Shown in pieces: positions 18,624 to 29,127 of a stretch of 64,000 nt of DNA. The stretch is from Acidobacteriota bacterium. GTDB lineage: Bacteria; Acidobacteriota; Thermoanaerobaculia; Multivoradales; Multivoraceae. Position 1 is the first letter of the stretch. Each line of letters begins with the position of its first letter. Under the pieces are notes generated by a model. It did not search any database, was not told where the DNA came from, and worked only from the letters and a program-made list of their open reading frames with translations. The DNA is taken from contig JAPPCR010000006.1 of assembly GCA_028875725.1 (NCBI GenBank), positions 272,134 through 336,133 of the forward strand, written 5' to 3'. A program made the translations under genes and the position numbers.

Positions 18624-20933
18624 ATGGAAAGGCTGCGGATGTCCGAGCTTGTGCCGAGCGGCGCTGCCGTCGTTGCGGCCGGAGCGCTGGCGCTTCTGGC
18701 AACCGGGCAGGTGATGGCGACGGTGTGTCCGACCGACAGCGGAGTTCACGGCACGGTGAAGTCGCTCCAGGGCCAGCCGGTAGCCGGCGCCGCGGTGACC
18801 TTGACCTCGTCGTCCGCTACGGCGGTGACGTCGGTGGACGGTCGGTTCTGCCTCCACCCGGTGACCGCGGGCGAACACCGCCTGGTGGTCTACGCGGAGG
18901 GTTACGGCCTCGCAGAGCAGGGATTCCTGATCGAGGACCGGGAACCGGTTCAGCTCGACGTGCAGCTTCGCCCTTCCTTCGGCGCGGAGGTCGTGATCAG
19001 CGCGACGCGGACGGAGAAGCGGTTGGCGGACGTGCCGCTCCACATGCAGACGGTGCCGCGCTCCCGGATCGAGAGCGCGGCCGCCCGGACCCTGGCCGAC
19101 GCGGTCGAGTGGACGCGCGGCGTGCGCGTGGAGTCGACTTGCCAGACCTGCAACGCCTCGCAGGTCCGGCTGCTGGGGCTCGAGGGACCGTATTCGCAGC
19201 TCCTGGTCGACGGACAGCCGGCGCTGTCTTCGCTGGCGATGGTCTACGGCATCGAGCAGTTGCCGGCGCGCCTGATCGACAGTATCGAGGTGGTCAAGGG
19301 AGGTGGCTCTCCGGCCTATGGCGCGGGCGCCGTCGCGGGCGTGATCAACCTGATTCCACACCATCCGGACCACACCCACGTCGAGGCGGACGCCCGTTCG
19401 GAGAGGATGGGCGGCGCCGCCGGTACCGCCGAGACGCCGTCGTACAGCCTGGTCGCGGACTGGATTCCGAGCGAAGGGACTCCGAGTTCAGGGCGTGCCG
19501 CGACGTTTCATGGCCAGGTCGACCGGGTGGCGCCGGTCGACGTGGACGGCGACGGCTTCAGCGAGGTGTCGATCCGCGATCTCGACGCCGCCGGTGCGCG
19601 CTACCACGAGTTCTTCCTGGACGGCTCGGCGCGGCTCGCGGCCGAGGTCAGCTACATGTCCGAGTTCCGTCGCGGCGGCGACCGGTTTCACCTGCCGCCC
19701 GAGCAGGCCGAGGTCGCCGAGCAGTTGGACTCGAACCGGAGCGGCGGCGCTGTCTCCTGGCTGCACACCGTCTCGCCGCTTTGGGACTGGCGCGCTACGG
19801 TGTCGCATGCCGCCACCGGTCGGGCCAGCTACTACGGCGCGGGCGGTGATCCCGGCGCGTTCGGCGCGACCCGCAATCCGCTGTGGGTGTTCGACTCCCA
19901 CGTCAACCGCGGCGGCGACCGGGGAACCGTCAGCTTCGGCGTCCAGGCCGGGCACGACCTGATCGACGACCGGCAACCGGCCTATGGGCGTCTGATCCGG
20001 GAGACCTACCGGAGTGTCTCGGGCTTCGTTCAGGACGACCGCCGGATCGGCGATCACGTGACCTTGCTGTACGGGCTGCGGGCGGACCGGCACAGCGCGG
20101 TCGACGGGTCGATCGTCTCGCCGCGGGCGGCACTGATGTGGACGCCCCGAAGCGACCTGACCCTGCGCGTCTCCCACAGCGCCGGCTTCCTTCCGCCCGC
20201 GGTGTTCGACGAGGAGCTTCACATCGCTCTCCTGGGCGGCAGGGCGATGGTCGTGCGCGACGACACCGGCCTGCGCGAGGAGACGTCGGCTTCGCGCATG
20301 GCGAGCCTGGAGTGGCGGCCGACCGTGGGCCGGCGCATGTCGATGGCGTTCGACGCGACCGTCTACGACACCAGGATCGACGACCTGTTTCACCGCCTGG
20401 AGGCCGACGATCCAGCGACCCCGGAACTCGAGTTCCTGCGCGCGAACTTCGGCCGCGCGCGGGTGCGGGGCGTAGAGGTCGGCTGGGGGCTTCGTCGCGG
20501 CGGCCTGACAGTCGACGCGGGCTACGCCTGGCAGAGGGCGGAGTTGGGCGAAGCGGAGCCGGACTTCGGCAGCATGACGATGTTCCGGACCCCCGAGGAG
20601 TACGGCACGGCGAGCGTCCAGTGGCCGTTGCCACGCGAACTCACGCTCTTCGCCGGGCTCCGGTACACCGGTTCGATGCTGGCGCCTCACTACGCGGGCT
20701 ACATCGCCGAGGACCGGCTGGAAGTCACCGCGAGCTTCCTGACCTGGGACCTCGGCCTGTCCCGCCGGTTCGCACTCGGCGGCGAGCGCCGGCTCACGGC
20801 CACCGTTGCGCTCAAGAACCTGACCGACGAGTACCAGCGCGACCTGGACCGCGGGCCGTTCAGGGATGCGGGTTACGTCTACGGACCCCGGTTCCCGCGG
20901 AGCCTCGTCGTCGGCCTGAAGGCGGTTCTGTAG
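18624..20933 (+). CDS. TonB-dependent receptor with N-terminal carboxypeptidase-regulatory-like domain
   Basis: It has a signal peptide, a CarbopepD_reg-like segment, a plug domain and a C-terminal beta-barrel ending in an aromatic residue. Confidence 0.9.
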   Translation: MERLRMSELVPSGAAVVAAGALALLATGQVMATVCPTDSGVHGTVKSLQGQPVAGAAVTLTSSSATAVTSVDGRFCLHPVTAGEHRLVVYAEGYGLAEQGFLIEDREPVQLDVQLRPSFGAEVVISATRTEKRLADVPLHMQTVPRSRIESAAARTLADAVEWTRGVRVESTCQTCNASQVRLLGLEGPYSQLLVDGQPALSSLAMVYGIEQLPARLIDSIEVVKGGGSPAYGAGAVAGVINLIPHHPDHTHVEADARSERMGGAAGTAETPSYSLVADWIPSEGTPSSGRAATFHGQVDRVAPVDVDGDGFSEVSIRDLDAAGARYHEFFLDGSARLAAEVSYMSEFRRGGDRFHLPPEQAEVAEQLDSNRSGGAVSWLHTVSPLWDWRATVSHAATGRASYYGAGGDPGAFGATRNPLWVFDSHVNRGGDRGTVSFGVQAGHDLIDDRQPAYGRLIRETYRSVSGFVQDDRRIGDHVTLLYGLRADRHSAVDGSIVSPRAALMWTPRSDLTLRVSHSAGFLPPAVFDEELHIALLGGRAMVVRDDTGLREETSASRMASLEWRPTVGRRMSMAFDATVYDTRIDDLFHRLEADDPATPELEFLRANFGRARVRGVEVGWGLRRGGLTVDAGYAWQRAELGEAEPDFGSMTMFRTPEEYGTASVQWPLPRELTLFAGLRYTGSMLAPHYAGYIAEDRLEVTASFLTWDLGLSRRFALGGERRLTATVALKNLTDEYQRDLDRGPFRDAGYVYGPRFPRSLVVGLKAVL

Positions 20934-21499
20934 TGCAACGGACCGACGTTCTCCGACTGGCGCTTGTCGCAACGCTGGGTGTCGCATCGGCGACGCCGGC
21001 GGCGTCTGCCCTGGAGGGTGGAGAGACTCCGGCGAGCGTCGAGTCGTCGGCGCCAGGGGAACTGCGCGGAGTTCGGCTTGCCGACCTCTGGTCGGACCTG
21101 GAGGCGCGCGACATCGACGGCCGGGCATGGACAGGTGCCGACTTCGAGGATCGTGTCGTCCTGGTCGAGTTCTGGGGCACGTGGTGCGCTCCCTGCCTCG
21201 CCGACTTTCCGCACATCGAGCGTGCCCGGGCGGCATACGCCGACCGGGGACTCGTCATTCTGTCCGTCTCGCTGGACCGCTCCTCGCGCCGCAGGCTGCG
21301 GAGTTTCGGCCGGCGGCAGGGCATCACCTGGCCCGTCCTCTTCGACGGGCTCGGCGCGGCCGGCGCCGTAGCCAGGCGCTTCCAGGTGGAGTATCCGCCG
21401 CGCTCCCTGCTGTTCGACCGGGAGGGTCGGCTGGTCGCGCTCGATCCTCGTGGAGAGATGCTCGGCGCGGCGCTGAGGGTCCTTTTCGCCGCGGAGTGA
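20933..21499 (+). CDS. TlpA-like thiol-disulfide oxidoreductase (thioredoxin/redoxin fold), secreted
   Basis: It carries the WCAPC active-site motif. A signal peptide follows a GTG start that overlaps the receptor stop (taGTG). The exact start is uncertain. Confidence 0.75.
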   Translation: MQRTDVLRLALVATLGVASATPAASALEGGETPASVESSAPGELRGVRLADLWSDLEARDIDGRAWTGADFEDRVVLVEFWGTWCAPCLADFPHIERARAAYADRGLVILSVSLDRSSRRRLRSFGRRQGITWPVLFDGLGAAGAVARRFQVEYPPRSLLFDREGRLVALDPRGEMLGAALRVLFAAE

Positions 21500-21517
21500 C
21501 TGCTACGCTGACTGCCC

Positions 21518-22954
21518 GTGTCCGGGCCAGCCGCCAAACCCGTCGCAGGCTCCGTGTCTGGCCTCGGCCGCGCGTCGATCCTGCCGTGCAGCCTCGTGGC
21601 CGCCCTCCTGGTGGGCGCGGCCGTGCCGGTCACACCTGGCTGGATCGTTCCCGGCGAGGGTGAATCCGCAGCGCGCGACCCGGTCGAGTCCCTGGCGCAG
21701 GCCCGTGCGGCGGTGGAGCGCGCGCCTTCGGAGTTCGGGCCTGTCCTGGCGCTGGCCCGGGCTTTGCTGACGCTTGGCCGCGCGGACGATGCCCTGGCGG
21801 CGTTCTCCCGGGCGCGAGAGCTTGAGCCGGATGGTCTGGCAGCCGCCGGTAGCGGGGCGGCCCGCGACGTGGCGTCGGCCTACCTGGCGCCAGCGCTGCT
21901 GCTTCGCGACCTGGACCGCACTGGCGAAGCGATCCGGCTGCTGGAGCAGGGTGCGGCCCGGGGGCTTGGCAGCGCAGACATCTACGAGCAACTGGCCCTC
22001 CTGCGGCTGGCCGACGGTCAGGCGGGGGAGGCGCTGGCGGCCGCCTCGGCGGCCGCGGCCGAGAACGTCACGAGTCCCGGCCTCGACCTCGCCCGCGGGC
22101 TGGCGCTGGCGCGCGATCCGAGCCGCCGCGTGGAGGCCCTGGGCTACCTGCAACGCGCTCTCGACGTTGGTGTAGGCGAGGCGGTCGTCGTGCGTCTGGA
22201 AGCGGCGGACCTTCTCGTGGCCGAAGCACGCTACCCGGAAGCGCTCGAACACCTGCGCGTCGCCGCGGAACTGGCGCCGGAGGAACCGGAAGTGGTCTAC
22301 CGGCTCGGGCGGACGCTTGCCGCCGCCGGAGACCGGCAAGCCGCCCAAGCGGCGCTCGACCGCTACCGGTCGCTCGAGGAGGCCGGGGAACGTGCGGCGG
22401 AGAGTGAGCGTCTGGCCTCCACGGGGACGGTGTCGGCCCTGTCGGAGGCGCAACGGTTGGCGGCGGCTGGCGACCTGGAAACCGCCCTTGAACGCCTGGC
22501 GGGCGTGCCGGGACGCCTGGACGATCCGCGTGCCGCGGACGTTCACTCTCTGCGGGCCAAGGTGCTGTTCTCCCTGGGTCGGGCCGCCGATGCCGCGGCC
22601 AGCGCTCGTGAGGCGCGCCGACTTGAACCGAACCGGGTCGAGCACCACTACCTGGAGGGGATGTTCCTGCACACGAGTGGGCGTGCCGAGGGCGCCGCGT
22701 CCGCGCTTCAACGCGCCCTGGCGCTCGATCCCGATCTCGGCGAGGCCCACGCCCTTCTCGGCATGATCGCCGCGGAGGCCGGCCTACACGCCGAGGCCGC
22801 CGAGCGGATGGAGAGGGCGCTCGACCTCGGGCTCGACGACAACCCGCCGCTCCGTTTCAATTATGCCCGAGTGCTCGAGGCTCTGGGGCGCAGCGAAGAG
22901 GCGAGCGCGCAGATGGAGGTGTACGAGCGCTTGCGAGCAGACGGGCCGCCGTAG
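21518..22954 (+). CDS. tetratricopeptide repeat (TPR) protein
   Basis: It has multiple Ala/Leu-rich 34-residue TPR-like repeats and an N-terminal hydrophobic segment. Confidence 0.8.
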   Translation: MSGPAAKPVAGSVSGLGRASILPCSLVAALLVGAAVPVTPGWIVPGEGESAARDPVESLAQARAAVERAPSEFGPVLALARALLTLGRADDALAAFSRARELEPDGLAAAGSGAARDVASAYLAPALLLRDLDRTGEAIRLLEQGAARGLGSADIYEQLALLRLADGQAGEALAAASAAAAENVTSPGLDLARGLALARDPSRRVEALGYLQRALDVGVGEAVVVRLEAADLLVAEARYPEALEHLRVAAELAPEEPEVVYRLGRTLAAAGDRQAAQAALDRYRSLEEAGERAAESERLASTGTVSALSEAQRLAAAGDLETALERLAGVPGRLDDPRAADVHSLRAKVLFSLGRAADAAASAREARRLEPNRVEHHYLEGMFLHTSGRAEGAASALQRALALDPDLGEAHALLGMIAAEAGLHAEAAERMERALDLGLDDNPPLRFNYARVLEALGRSEEASAQMEVYERLRADGPP

Positions 22955-22966
22955 CGGTTCGCGGCT

Positions 22967-25510
22967 CTACTCGCAGTTGAACGCCTGGTTGTTGGCGACC
23001 GGCTGGAACAGCTCGCCGAGCGGACTCGTGATGACGCGTCGTCGCTGGGTCACCGGGTCGGCGACTTCCAGCTCGACCTCGAGGTCGGTGAGGCCGGCTG
23101 CGTAGAGCCAGTACTGCCCGCTCAGCACGCAGGCGTCGAGGACCTTCAGCACGATCTCGATGTTCTCCGGGTCGAAGAAGGTGAAGTAGCCGGTGTCCCC
23201 GGTCAGGCGGGTGCCGGCGGCTGAGGCGTAGTCCCCCCCGACGGCCGTGGCAAAGCGGGCCCGGATCCGGAAGCGGCCGTCGTTGAGGCAGAGGGTGGTC
23301 GGGTCCGGCACGCATTCCGCGATCGGCCCGGTCGGAGCGTCCGCCTCCTCGACCGTGACGACCATGCGGCGCTCGCCGAGGGCCGCGCCGCCCAGTGCAT
23401 CGTGAAGTTCGAGTTCAATCGTCTCCGGTCCCTCGCCGGCGCCGTCCTCGAGCAGCCGGAGCGTGAACATCCGGCTGGCCGAATCGCTGTGAGCCCAGGC
23501 GAGTGTGCGGGCGATCGGCTCGTAGTCGGTTCCCGCCGTGGCGGTACCTCCAGCGGTCCGCACGGAGGCGGCGACCGCCCCGTCGCCGCCGCCGGCGCGG
23601 ACGACGCTCAGCGTGATCTCACCGTCTGTTTCCCGGGCCGTCACGGACGGCGGGGAGAAGCCCAGGGTGCCGGGACGCTGCTCCGGCAGGTCCGACGCCA
23701 GGGAAAGGGCGACGAGTTCGGCGTCGAAGGACCCGGCGCCGACCGCGACGACGACGTACTGGCGGCCGTCCACGGTGTAGCTCATCGGGGCGCCCGAGGC
23801 TGCCGCCGGCAGCGCGATCGTGCGGACGACGTCGCCGTTCGCGGGATCGAGGACGGTCAGTGAGGGCCGGCTACGGTTGGCGTAGAAGAGCAGATCCTGA
23901 GTGGCGAGCAGGGACGGAGTGCCGGCGTAGCCGTTCGCACCGTCGTTTACCCGCTGCCAGAGGATCTCGCCGCGGTCGAGGTCGTAGGCCGCGACGTGCC
24001 CCCAGGGCGGCTTCAGCAGATAGCGGTTGCCGGACGCCCACAGGATGCCCGAGTCGTACAGGTAGTAGCCGGAGATCGCGGTCTGGTACAGGCGGATCCA
24101 GAAGGGAACGACCCCCTGGACCGGAACGTAGAGCCTCGAGCGGGTCGGATCGAAGGCGGCGCCGCCCCAGTTCGCGCCGCCGCCGAGACCCGGGTAGATG
24201 ACGGCGCCGCGGGTGGACAGGGGCGTGTAAATCGGCCCCCAGTCCAGGTCGGCGAGCACCTCTTCGGCGCCGTCGCCCAGATCCTCCGGCGCGATCCCCA
24301 GCCGGTCAAAGGGCGGCGGTTTCGTCGGCCGCGGCTGGGTCAGCGCGGTTCGCTCGCCGGGCACGGACGACTGGGGAACCGGAACCTCGTGGATCGGCCA
24401 CACGGGCCTGCCGTTCCGCCGGTCGAACACGAACACCCAGCCTTGCTTGGTGACCTGCGCGACCGCGGGGATCTCGCGGCCTCCGACCGTGATGTCGACC
24501 AGGTTGGGCGGCGCCGGCAGGTCGAAGTCCCAGATGTCGTGGTGAACGATCTGGTAGTGCCAGACGCGGCGGCCGGTCCTCGCGTCGAGACAGACGATGC
24601 TGTTGGCGAACAGGTTGTCGCCCTTGCGGTGGCCGCCGTAGAAGTGGTTCGACGGGGCGCTCACCGGCAGGTAGACATAGCCGAGTTCCGGGTCGGCGGT
24701 CATCGGCGCCCAGACGTTGGCCCCGCCGACCCGTTCGGCGGAGCCGTTCTCCCAGGTCGAGTAGCCGAACTGGCCGGGGCGGGGCACGGTGTGGAAGGTC
24801 CAGAGCAGCCGTCCCGTGCGGGCGTGGTAGCCGCGGACGTCGCCCGGCGGCCATTCCGGCTGCGGCGCCCAGTCCATGACCGACGAGCCAACGACCACCA
24901 CGTCGCCAACGACGGTCGGCGGCGAGGTGTGTCCGTACTGGTCGGATCTGCCGTTCAGGGAGCGGATGCCGGCTGTGAGGTCCACGGTGCCGCGGTTGCC
25001 GAACTCCCGCCGGGGCCTTCCGGTCGCCGGATCGAGCGCGATCAGGCGGGCGTCGCCGGTGGCCAGGTACACCGTCTCCGTCTCGCCGTCCGTCCACCAG
25101 GCGAGTCCGCGGTGGAGGAAGCCGTTGTTCGGAGGGCGTCCGGAGTCGTAGCTCCTCGGGTCGTGAAGCCAGAGCTGCCGGCCGGTCGCGGCGTCGATGG
25201 CGGCCGCCTGGCTGAATGACGTGCTGGTGTAGAGGACGCCGTTCCTCATCAGCGGGGTGGACTCGAAGGCGACGTTGTCGAGACCGGCGTCGGGGTCCGC
25301 GATCGAGTTGTCTGGCGATTCCCAGCGCCAGCGGATGGCCAGATCGTCGACGTTGCCGCGGTGGATCTGACCGAGCGGTGCGTACTTCGTGCCGCCGGCG
25401 TCGCCGCCGTACTCGTGCCACTCTCCTCCGATCGCGCCGTGCTGTCCGGCCGCCGGCGCCACGGTCGCCGCGGCGACGAGCAGGATGACGGCGGCCGGCG
25501 CGCGGGTCAC
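22967..25510 (-). CDS. PQQ-dependent dehydrogenase (quinoprotein, 8-bladed propeller) with C-terminal Calx-beta domain
   Basis: It has a signal peptide, PQQ-repeat motifs (W-motif blades, DIWDFD) and a C-terminal Calx-beta-like segment (TAGTDYEP...TLAW). Confidence 0.85.
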   Translation of the reverse strand: MTRAPAAVILLVAAATVAPAAGQHGAIGGEWHEYGGDAGGTKYAPLGQIHRGNVDDLAIRWRWESPDNSIADPDAGLDNVAFESTPLMRNGVLYTSTSFSQAAAIDAATGRQLWLHDPRSYDSGRPPNNGFLHRGLAWWTDGETETVYLATGDARLIALDPATGRPRREFGNRGTVDLTAGIRSLNGRSDQYGHTSPPTVVGDVVVVGSSVMDWAPQPEWPPGDVRGYHARTGRLLWTFHTVPRPGQFGYSTWENGSAERVGGANVWAPMTADPELGYVYLPVSAPSNHFYGGHRKGDNLFANSIVCLDARTGRRVWHYQIVHHDIWDFDLPAPPNLVDITVGGREIPAVAQVTKQGWVFVFDRRNGRPVWPIHEVPVPQSSVPGERTALTQPRPTKPPPFDRLGIAPEDLGDGAEEVLADLDWGPIYTPLSTRGAVIYPGLGGGANWGGAAFDPTRSRLYVPVQGVVPFWIRLYQTAISGYYLYDSGILWASGNRYLLKPPWGHVAAYDLDRGEILWQRVNDGANGYAGTPSLLATQDLLFYANRSRPSLTVLDPANGDVVRTIALPAAASGAPMSYTVDGRQYVVVAVGAGSFDAELVALSLASDLPEQRPGTLGFSPPSVTARETDGEITLSVVRAGGGDGAVAASVRTAGGTATAGTDYEPIARTLAWAHSDSASRMFTLRLLEDGAGEGPETIELELHDALGGAALGERRMVVTVEEADAPTGPIAECVPDPTTLCLNDGRFRIRARFATAVGGDYASAAGTRLTGDTGYFTFFDPENIEIVLKVLDACVLSGQYWLYAAGLTDLEVELEVADPVTQRRRVITSPLGELFQPVANNQAFNCE

Positions 25511-28500
25511 GGCGAGTGGAGCACGTAGCGGATCAGGTCCTGGACCTCGGACGGCTGGAGAGTGCTGAGCAGGCCGCTCGGCATGGGCGAGAGAGACGAC
25601 TCGTCGAGACTCTCGATCTCCTCGCGTGGAATCGACTCGATGTGGTTCGGGTCGAGCGGGTTCGAGCGGATGCGCACGGCCTCCTCGCCGGCCTCGACCA
25701 GAAGACCGGAGTAGAAGCGGCCGTCGCGGGTCTCGACCAGGCTCGTGCGGTAGTCCTCGGCCACCTCGTCAGAGGGCTCCAGGATGTGCCGCAGGGTGTC
25801 CAGCGCTCCGAGACGCTCGCGCACGTCGTCGAGGGCCGGGCCGATCTCGCCGCCGGCGCCGCCGAGTTGGTGGCAGGTGGCGCAGCCGGCCTCGAGGAAG
25901 AGCAGACGGCCGCGCTCGAGTTCCTCGTCGCTTGCCGGCGGCGCGGCATCCAGGGGAGCGACGTCGGTCTCCAGCATCTCGTACTTCCAGTCGGCGACGA
26001 AGGCGCGCTGGGGAACGTCCGGGGCGAGCCGGGGAGCGGCGTAGCGGGTGACCGCCGCGCCGTCGAGGCGCTCGACCACGCGCATCGTGCCCTTCATCAG
26101 GATCCAGTGTCCGGGGAAGGTGCAGACGAAGGGATAGAGGCCGGGTTCCGTTGGGGCGTTGAAGCTCAGGACCTCCGTTTCGCCCGGCTGGACCAGGCCG
26201 GTGCGGAAGAGGACCAGGGGCGTCTTCGGGACGTAGCCCGACGCCTCGGCTCCGGCCGGATTGCGCTCCGCCTCCGCGTCGGCGGCGCGGCCGACCTCTT
26301 CAAGCGCCCCGGGCCTCGTGACGACGACGTTGTGGGGCATCACGTCGATGTTCTCGAAGGTGATCTCGACCGGCCCGCCGGCGCGCACCGTGAACTCCTC
26401 GAGGTCGAACAGCATCTGGTGAGGGACGGGTCGGAGCGTGACGATCGCGGCGCCGAGGTTGACGATCTCTTCGCGGAGGTCGCCGCCGCCCTCGCCGTCG
26501 CTGCGATCGATCTGCCGGTCGGCGAGGCGCAGGCCCAGGTCGTGGATGCGCCGGTAACGCGGCGAGGTCAGTTCGCGGGGCGGCGCGTCGCGGAGGGCGG
26601 CCAGGATCGGACCGGCGAGCGCGTCCTCACCGCCGGCCGCGGGCCAGGCGTCGGAGGCCTCGGCGGTCAGCTGGCCGAGACCTTCGAGTGCCGCCAGCCC
26701 CATCGCTGGATCGGAGACGAGATCGGCCAGTCTCCGGAAACTGCGGCCGGCGTCCCGGGTAATGCCGGCGAGCGTCCGGACCGCCGCGTCGAGCGCGCTC
26801 CGGTCGCGTCCGCGGCGCTCGTCGAACAGGGAAGAGACGGCAGGGTAGGCCTCTCCCCGGAGCGCCGGCGGCAGGGAGTCCACGGCGCGCAGCCAGTCGA
26901 TCAGCCGGTCGTCCGTCCGCCGGCGAGGCAGCACGTTGCCCGGCGAGGGGTCGCCGGTGGCGACGATCAGGGCGGCGATGGCGGCGCTTCGTGTGCCCTG
27001 CCGGGCGCCGTTCCCGGCCAGCGCTTCGAACTGGCCACGGGCGGCGAGCAGGGAGGGTGCGTCCTGTTCCATCAGGTGCAGGATGATGCGGTCGAAGCGC
27101 TCCGGGTCGGCGGACCCAGCCTGGTCCAGCTCCGCCAGCTCCCCGGCCAGGAGCATGGCCGGCGTTTCCCCGCTGCTGCGTTCGCCGCTGGTCAGGCTGG
27201 TGAGCGCCTGGCGCTGGCGTTCCACGCTGGCGTCGGCACGACGGAGCACGGCGCGGTCGGTGAGCGGGTGGGCGGGCAAGCGCTCGAGTTTGCGGGTCGA
27301 CAGGCGACTCAGCAGGTAGCCGGCCAAGGGCGGCGCCAGGGTGTCGAGCAGCGCCGGTTCGCGGTCCGACTCGAGCGCCGGGAGCCAGAAGTCCTCCAGG
27401 GTGTCGACCGTCTCGCCGAGGACGTAGTCGAGGTAGTAGTCGGTCTGCTGGTCCAGCGTCTTGAGGGCCGCCAGCGCCGCCGGCTCCGATTCCAGGTAGC
27501 TCAGACCGAGCAACGCTTCCAGGCGGGTCCGCGGGAAGGAATCCTCGGTGCGGGCGGCCAGGATGGCCAGGGGATCGTCCAGTTCGCGCCGCCAGAAGCG
27601 GGCGACCCGGGTCGCCGCCGCGCGCGCCTGCGGTTCGGGTGAGTCGAGCATGCGGTCGAGCAGTTCGGGTTCGACGACGTTCAGGTTCTGGTAGAGCCAC
27701 AGGGCTTCCAGGCGGTGGTGCTCCAGATCGGAAACGTTCGCGTCGTCGCCGGCCCCCAACTCGCGGGTGTCCAGCTCGCGGGCGTCGACGTCGTCCAGCC
27801 ACGCCTCGACCGCGGCCAGCACCTCGTCGCGCGGGCGTTCCCGGAGTTCGCGGCGGACGCGGTATCGGGTGCGGTCTTCGTAGCTCTCCAGCAATCGGAC
27901 GAGTCCCGGCGTCGAGGCGCCCGCGATCTCGGGCGGATCGAGCAGCGGCCGCGAGCCATGCCGCACGCGCCAGATCCGGCCGTGGTCGTGGTCGCGGCGC
28001 TCGTCCCGGAGCGAGTACTGCATGTGGCCGATCAGCGGGTTGAACCAGTCGACGACGTAGAGCGAACCGTCCGGTCCGAACTGCAGGTCGACGGGCCGGA
28101 AGTTGATGTCGGTCGAGTAGAGGAGCGGCTCGACCTCCTCTGAGGTGAAGCCGGAGTCCTCCTCGATCACCCGGTGCTGCTTGATGCCCTGGAAGCCGAT
28201 CGTGTTGTTGATCAGGAAGTTGCCCTGCGCCTCGTCCGGGAAGTGGCGCGAACTGACGATCTCGCAGCCGGACGTCGGCCGGACGATCGAGGTGAACACC
28301 TTCATCCGCCGCCGCTTCGTCGGGTAGGGCGCGTTGCCGGTGATCGGGGCGCCAAAGTAGTTCGAGCCGCCGGAGGCGTCGGCGATGAAGTTCTGTCCCC
28401 AGCGGTCGAAGACGTGGCCCCAGGGATTGGCGAAGGGGTAGGAGACGAAGACCTCGAGGTGGAAGCGGTTCGGCTTGTAGCGGAACACGCCGGCATCGAC

Positions 28501-29127
28501 CAGCCGCACCGGGCCGTGGGGTGTCTCGACCTGGCTGTGATGGAACACGCCCTCCTGGAAGTAGAGCGCGCCGCCGGGTCCCCAGGTGAAGGCGGAAATC
28601 GAGTGGTGGCTGTCCTCCGTGCCGAAGCCGTGGAGGATGACCTCGTAGCGGTCGGCCACATCGTCACCGTCGGTGTCCTCGATGAACATCAGGTTCGGCT
28701 GCTGGGCCACGTAGACGCCGCCGTCGCCCAGTTCGAAGCCGGTCGGCACGTGCAGGCCGCGGGCGAAGACGGTGTGGTGGTCCGCGCGCCCGTCGCCGTT
28801 GCGGTCTTCGAGGATCACGATCTTGTCGTCGGGTTCCTCCTCCGGCAGTCGCTGGGGATAGGAGGGCATGGTCGCCACCCAGAGGCGCCCTCGGGAGTCG
28901 AACGCCAGCGCCACCGGGTTGCCGATCGGGAAGTCCTGCTCGGAGGCGAACAGCGAGACCTCGTACCCCTCGGCCGGGTGCAGGTGTTCCAGCGCGTAGG
29001 CGGGATCGCGGGCTTCGTAGCGGGCCTCGCCGCCGCGATTCGGTTCCTCGTCGGCGACGTTCTGGGCGATCGCCGGACCGGTAGTGAGCGCCGCCGCCAG
29101 GAGCGCCAGGAGCGGGGCGCGGTTCAT
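25507..29127 (-). CDS. PVC-type heme-binding protein: glucose/sorbosone-dehydrogenase-like propeller, HEAT repeats, cupredoxin domain and C-terminal cytochrome c (CxxCH)
   Basis: It has a signal peptide, a propeller N-terminus and HEAT-like helical repeats. An azurin/plastocyanin-like block is present (HNVVVT...FVCTFPGHW). The C-terminus has GCATCH heme c. Confidence 0.85.
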   Translation of the reverse strand: MNRAPLLALLAAALTTGPAIAQNVADEEPNRGGEARYEARDPAYALEHLHPAEGYEVSLFASEQDFPIGNPVALAFDSRGRLWVATMPSYPQRLPEEEPDDKIVILEDRNGDGRADHHTVFARGLHVPTGFELGDGGVYVAQQPNLMFIEDTDGDDVADRYEVILHGFGTEDSHHSISAFTWGPGGALYFQEGVFHHSQVETPHGPVRLVDAGVFRYKPNRFHLEVFVSYPFANPWGHVFDRWGQNFIADASGGSNYFGAPITGNAPYPTKRRRMKVFTSIVRPTSGCEIVSSRHFPDEAQGNFLINNTIGFQGIKQHRVIEEDSGFTSEEVEPLLYSTDINFRPVDLQFGPDGSLYVVDWFNPLIGHMQYSLRDERRDHDHGRIWRVRHGSRPLLDPPEIAGASTPGLVRLLESYEDRTRYRVRRELRERPRDEVLAAVEAWLDDVDARELDTRELGAGDDANVSDLEHHRLEALWLYQNLNVVEPELLDRMLDSPEPQARAAATRVARFWRRELDDPLAILAARTEDSFPRTRLEALLGLSYLESEPAALAALKTLDQQTDYYLDYVLGETVDTLEDFWLPALESDREPALLDTLAPPLAGYLLSRLSTRKLERLPAHPLTDRAVLRRADASVERQRQALTSLTSGERSSGETPAMLLAGELAELDQAGSADPERFDRIILHLMEQDAPSLLAARGQFEALAGNGARQGTRSAAIAALIVATGDPSPGNVLPRRRTDDRLIDWLRAVDSLPPALRGEAYPAVSSLFDERRGRDRSALDAAVRTLAGITRDAGRSFRRLADLVSDPAMGLAALEGLGQLTAEASDAWPAAGGEDALAGPILAALRDAPPRELTSPRYRRIHDLGLRLADRQIDRSDGEGGGDLREEIVNLGAAIVTLRPVPHQMLFDLEEFTVRAGGPVEITFENIDVMPHNVVVTRPGALEEVGRAADAEAERNPAGAEASGYVPKTPLVLFRTGLVQPGETEVLSFNAPTEPGLYPFVCTFPGHWILMKGTMRVVERLDGAAVTRYAAPRLAPDVPQRAFVADWKYEMLETDVAPLDAAPPASDEELERGRLLFLEAGCATCHQLGGAGGEIGPALDDVRERLGALDTLRHILEPSDEVAEDYRTSLVETRDGRFYSGLLVEAGEEAVRIRSNPLDPNHIESIPREEIESLDESSLSPMPSGLLSTLQPSEVQDLIRYVLHSP

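Noticed and set aside
19883-20932. N-terminal part of the 538-aa plus-strand ORF overlapping the TonB receptor
   Set aside because: It is out of frame inside the receptor gene. Only the downstream TlpA-like portion with the WCAPC motif is credible.
21503-22750. 415-aa minus-strand ORF
   Set aside because: It is antisense to the TPR protein gene and has a low-complexity composition.
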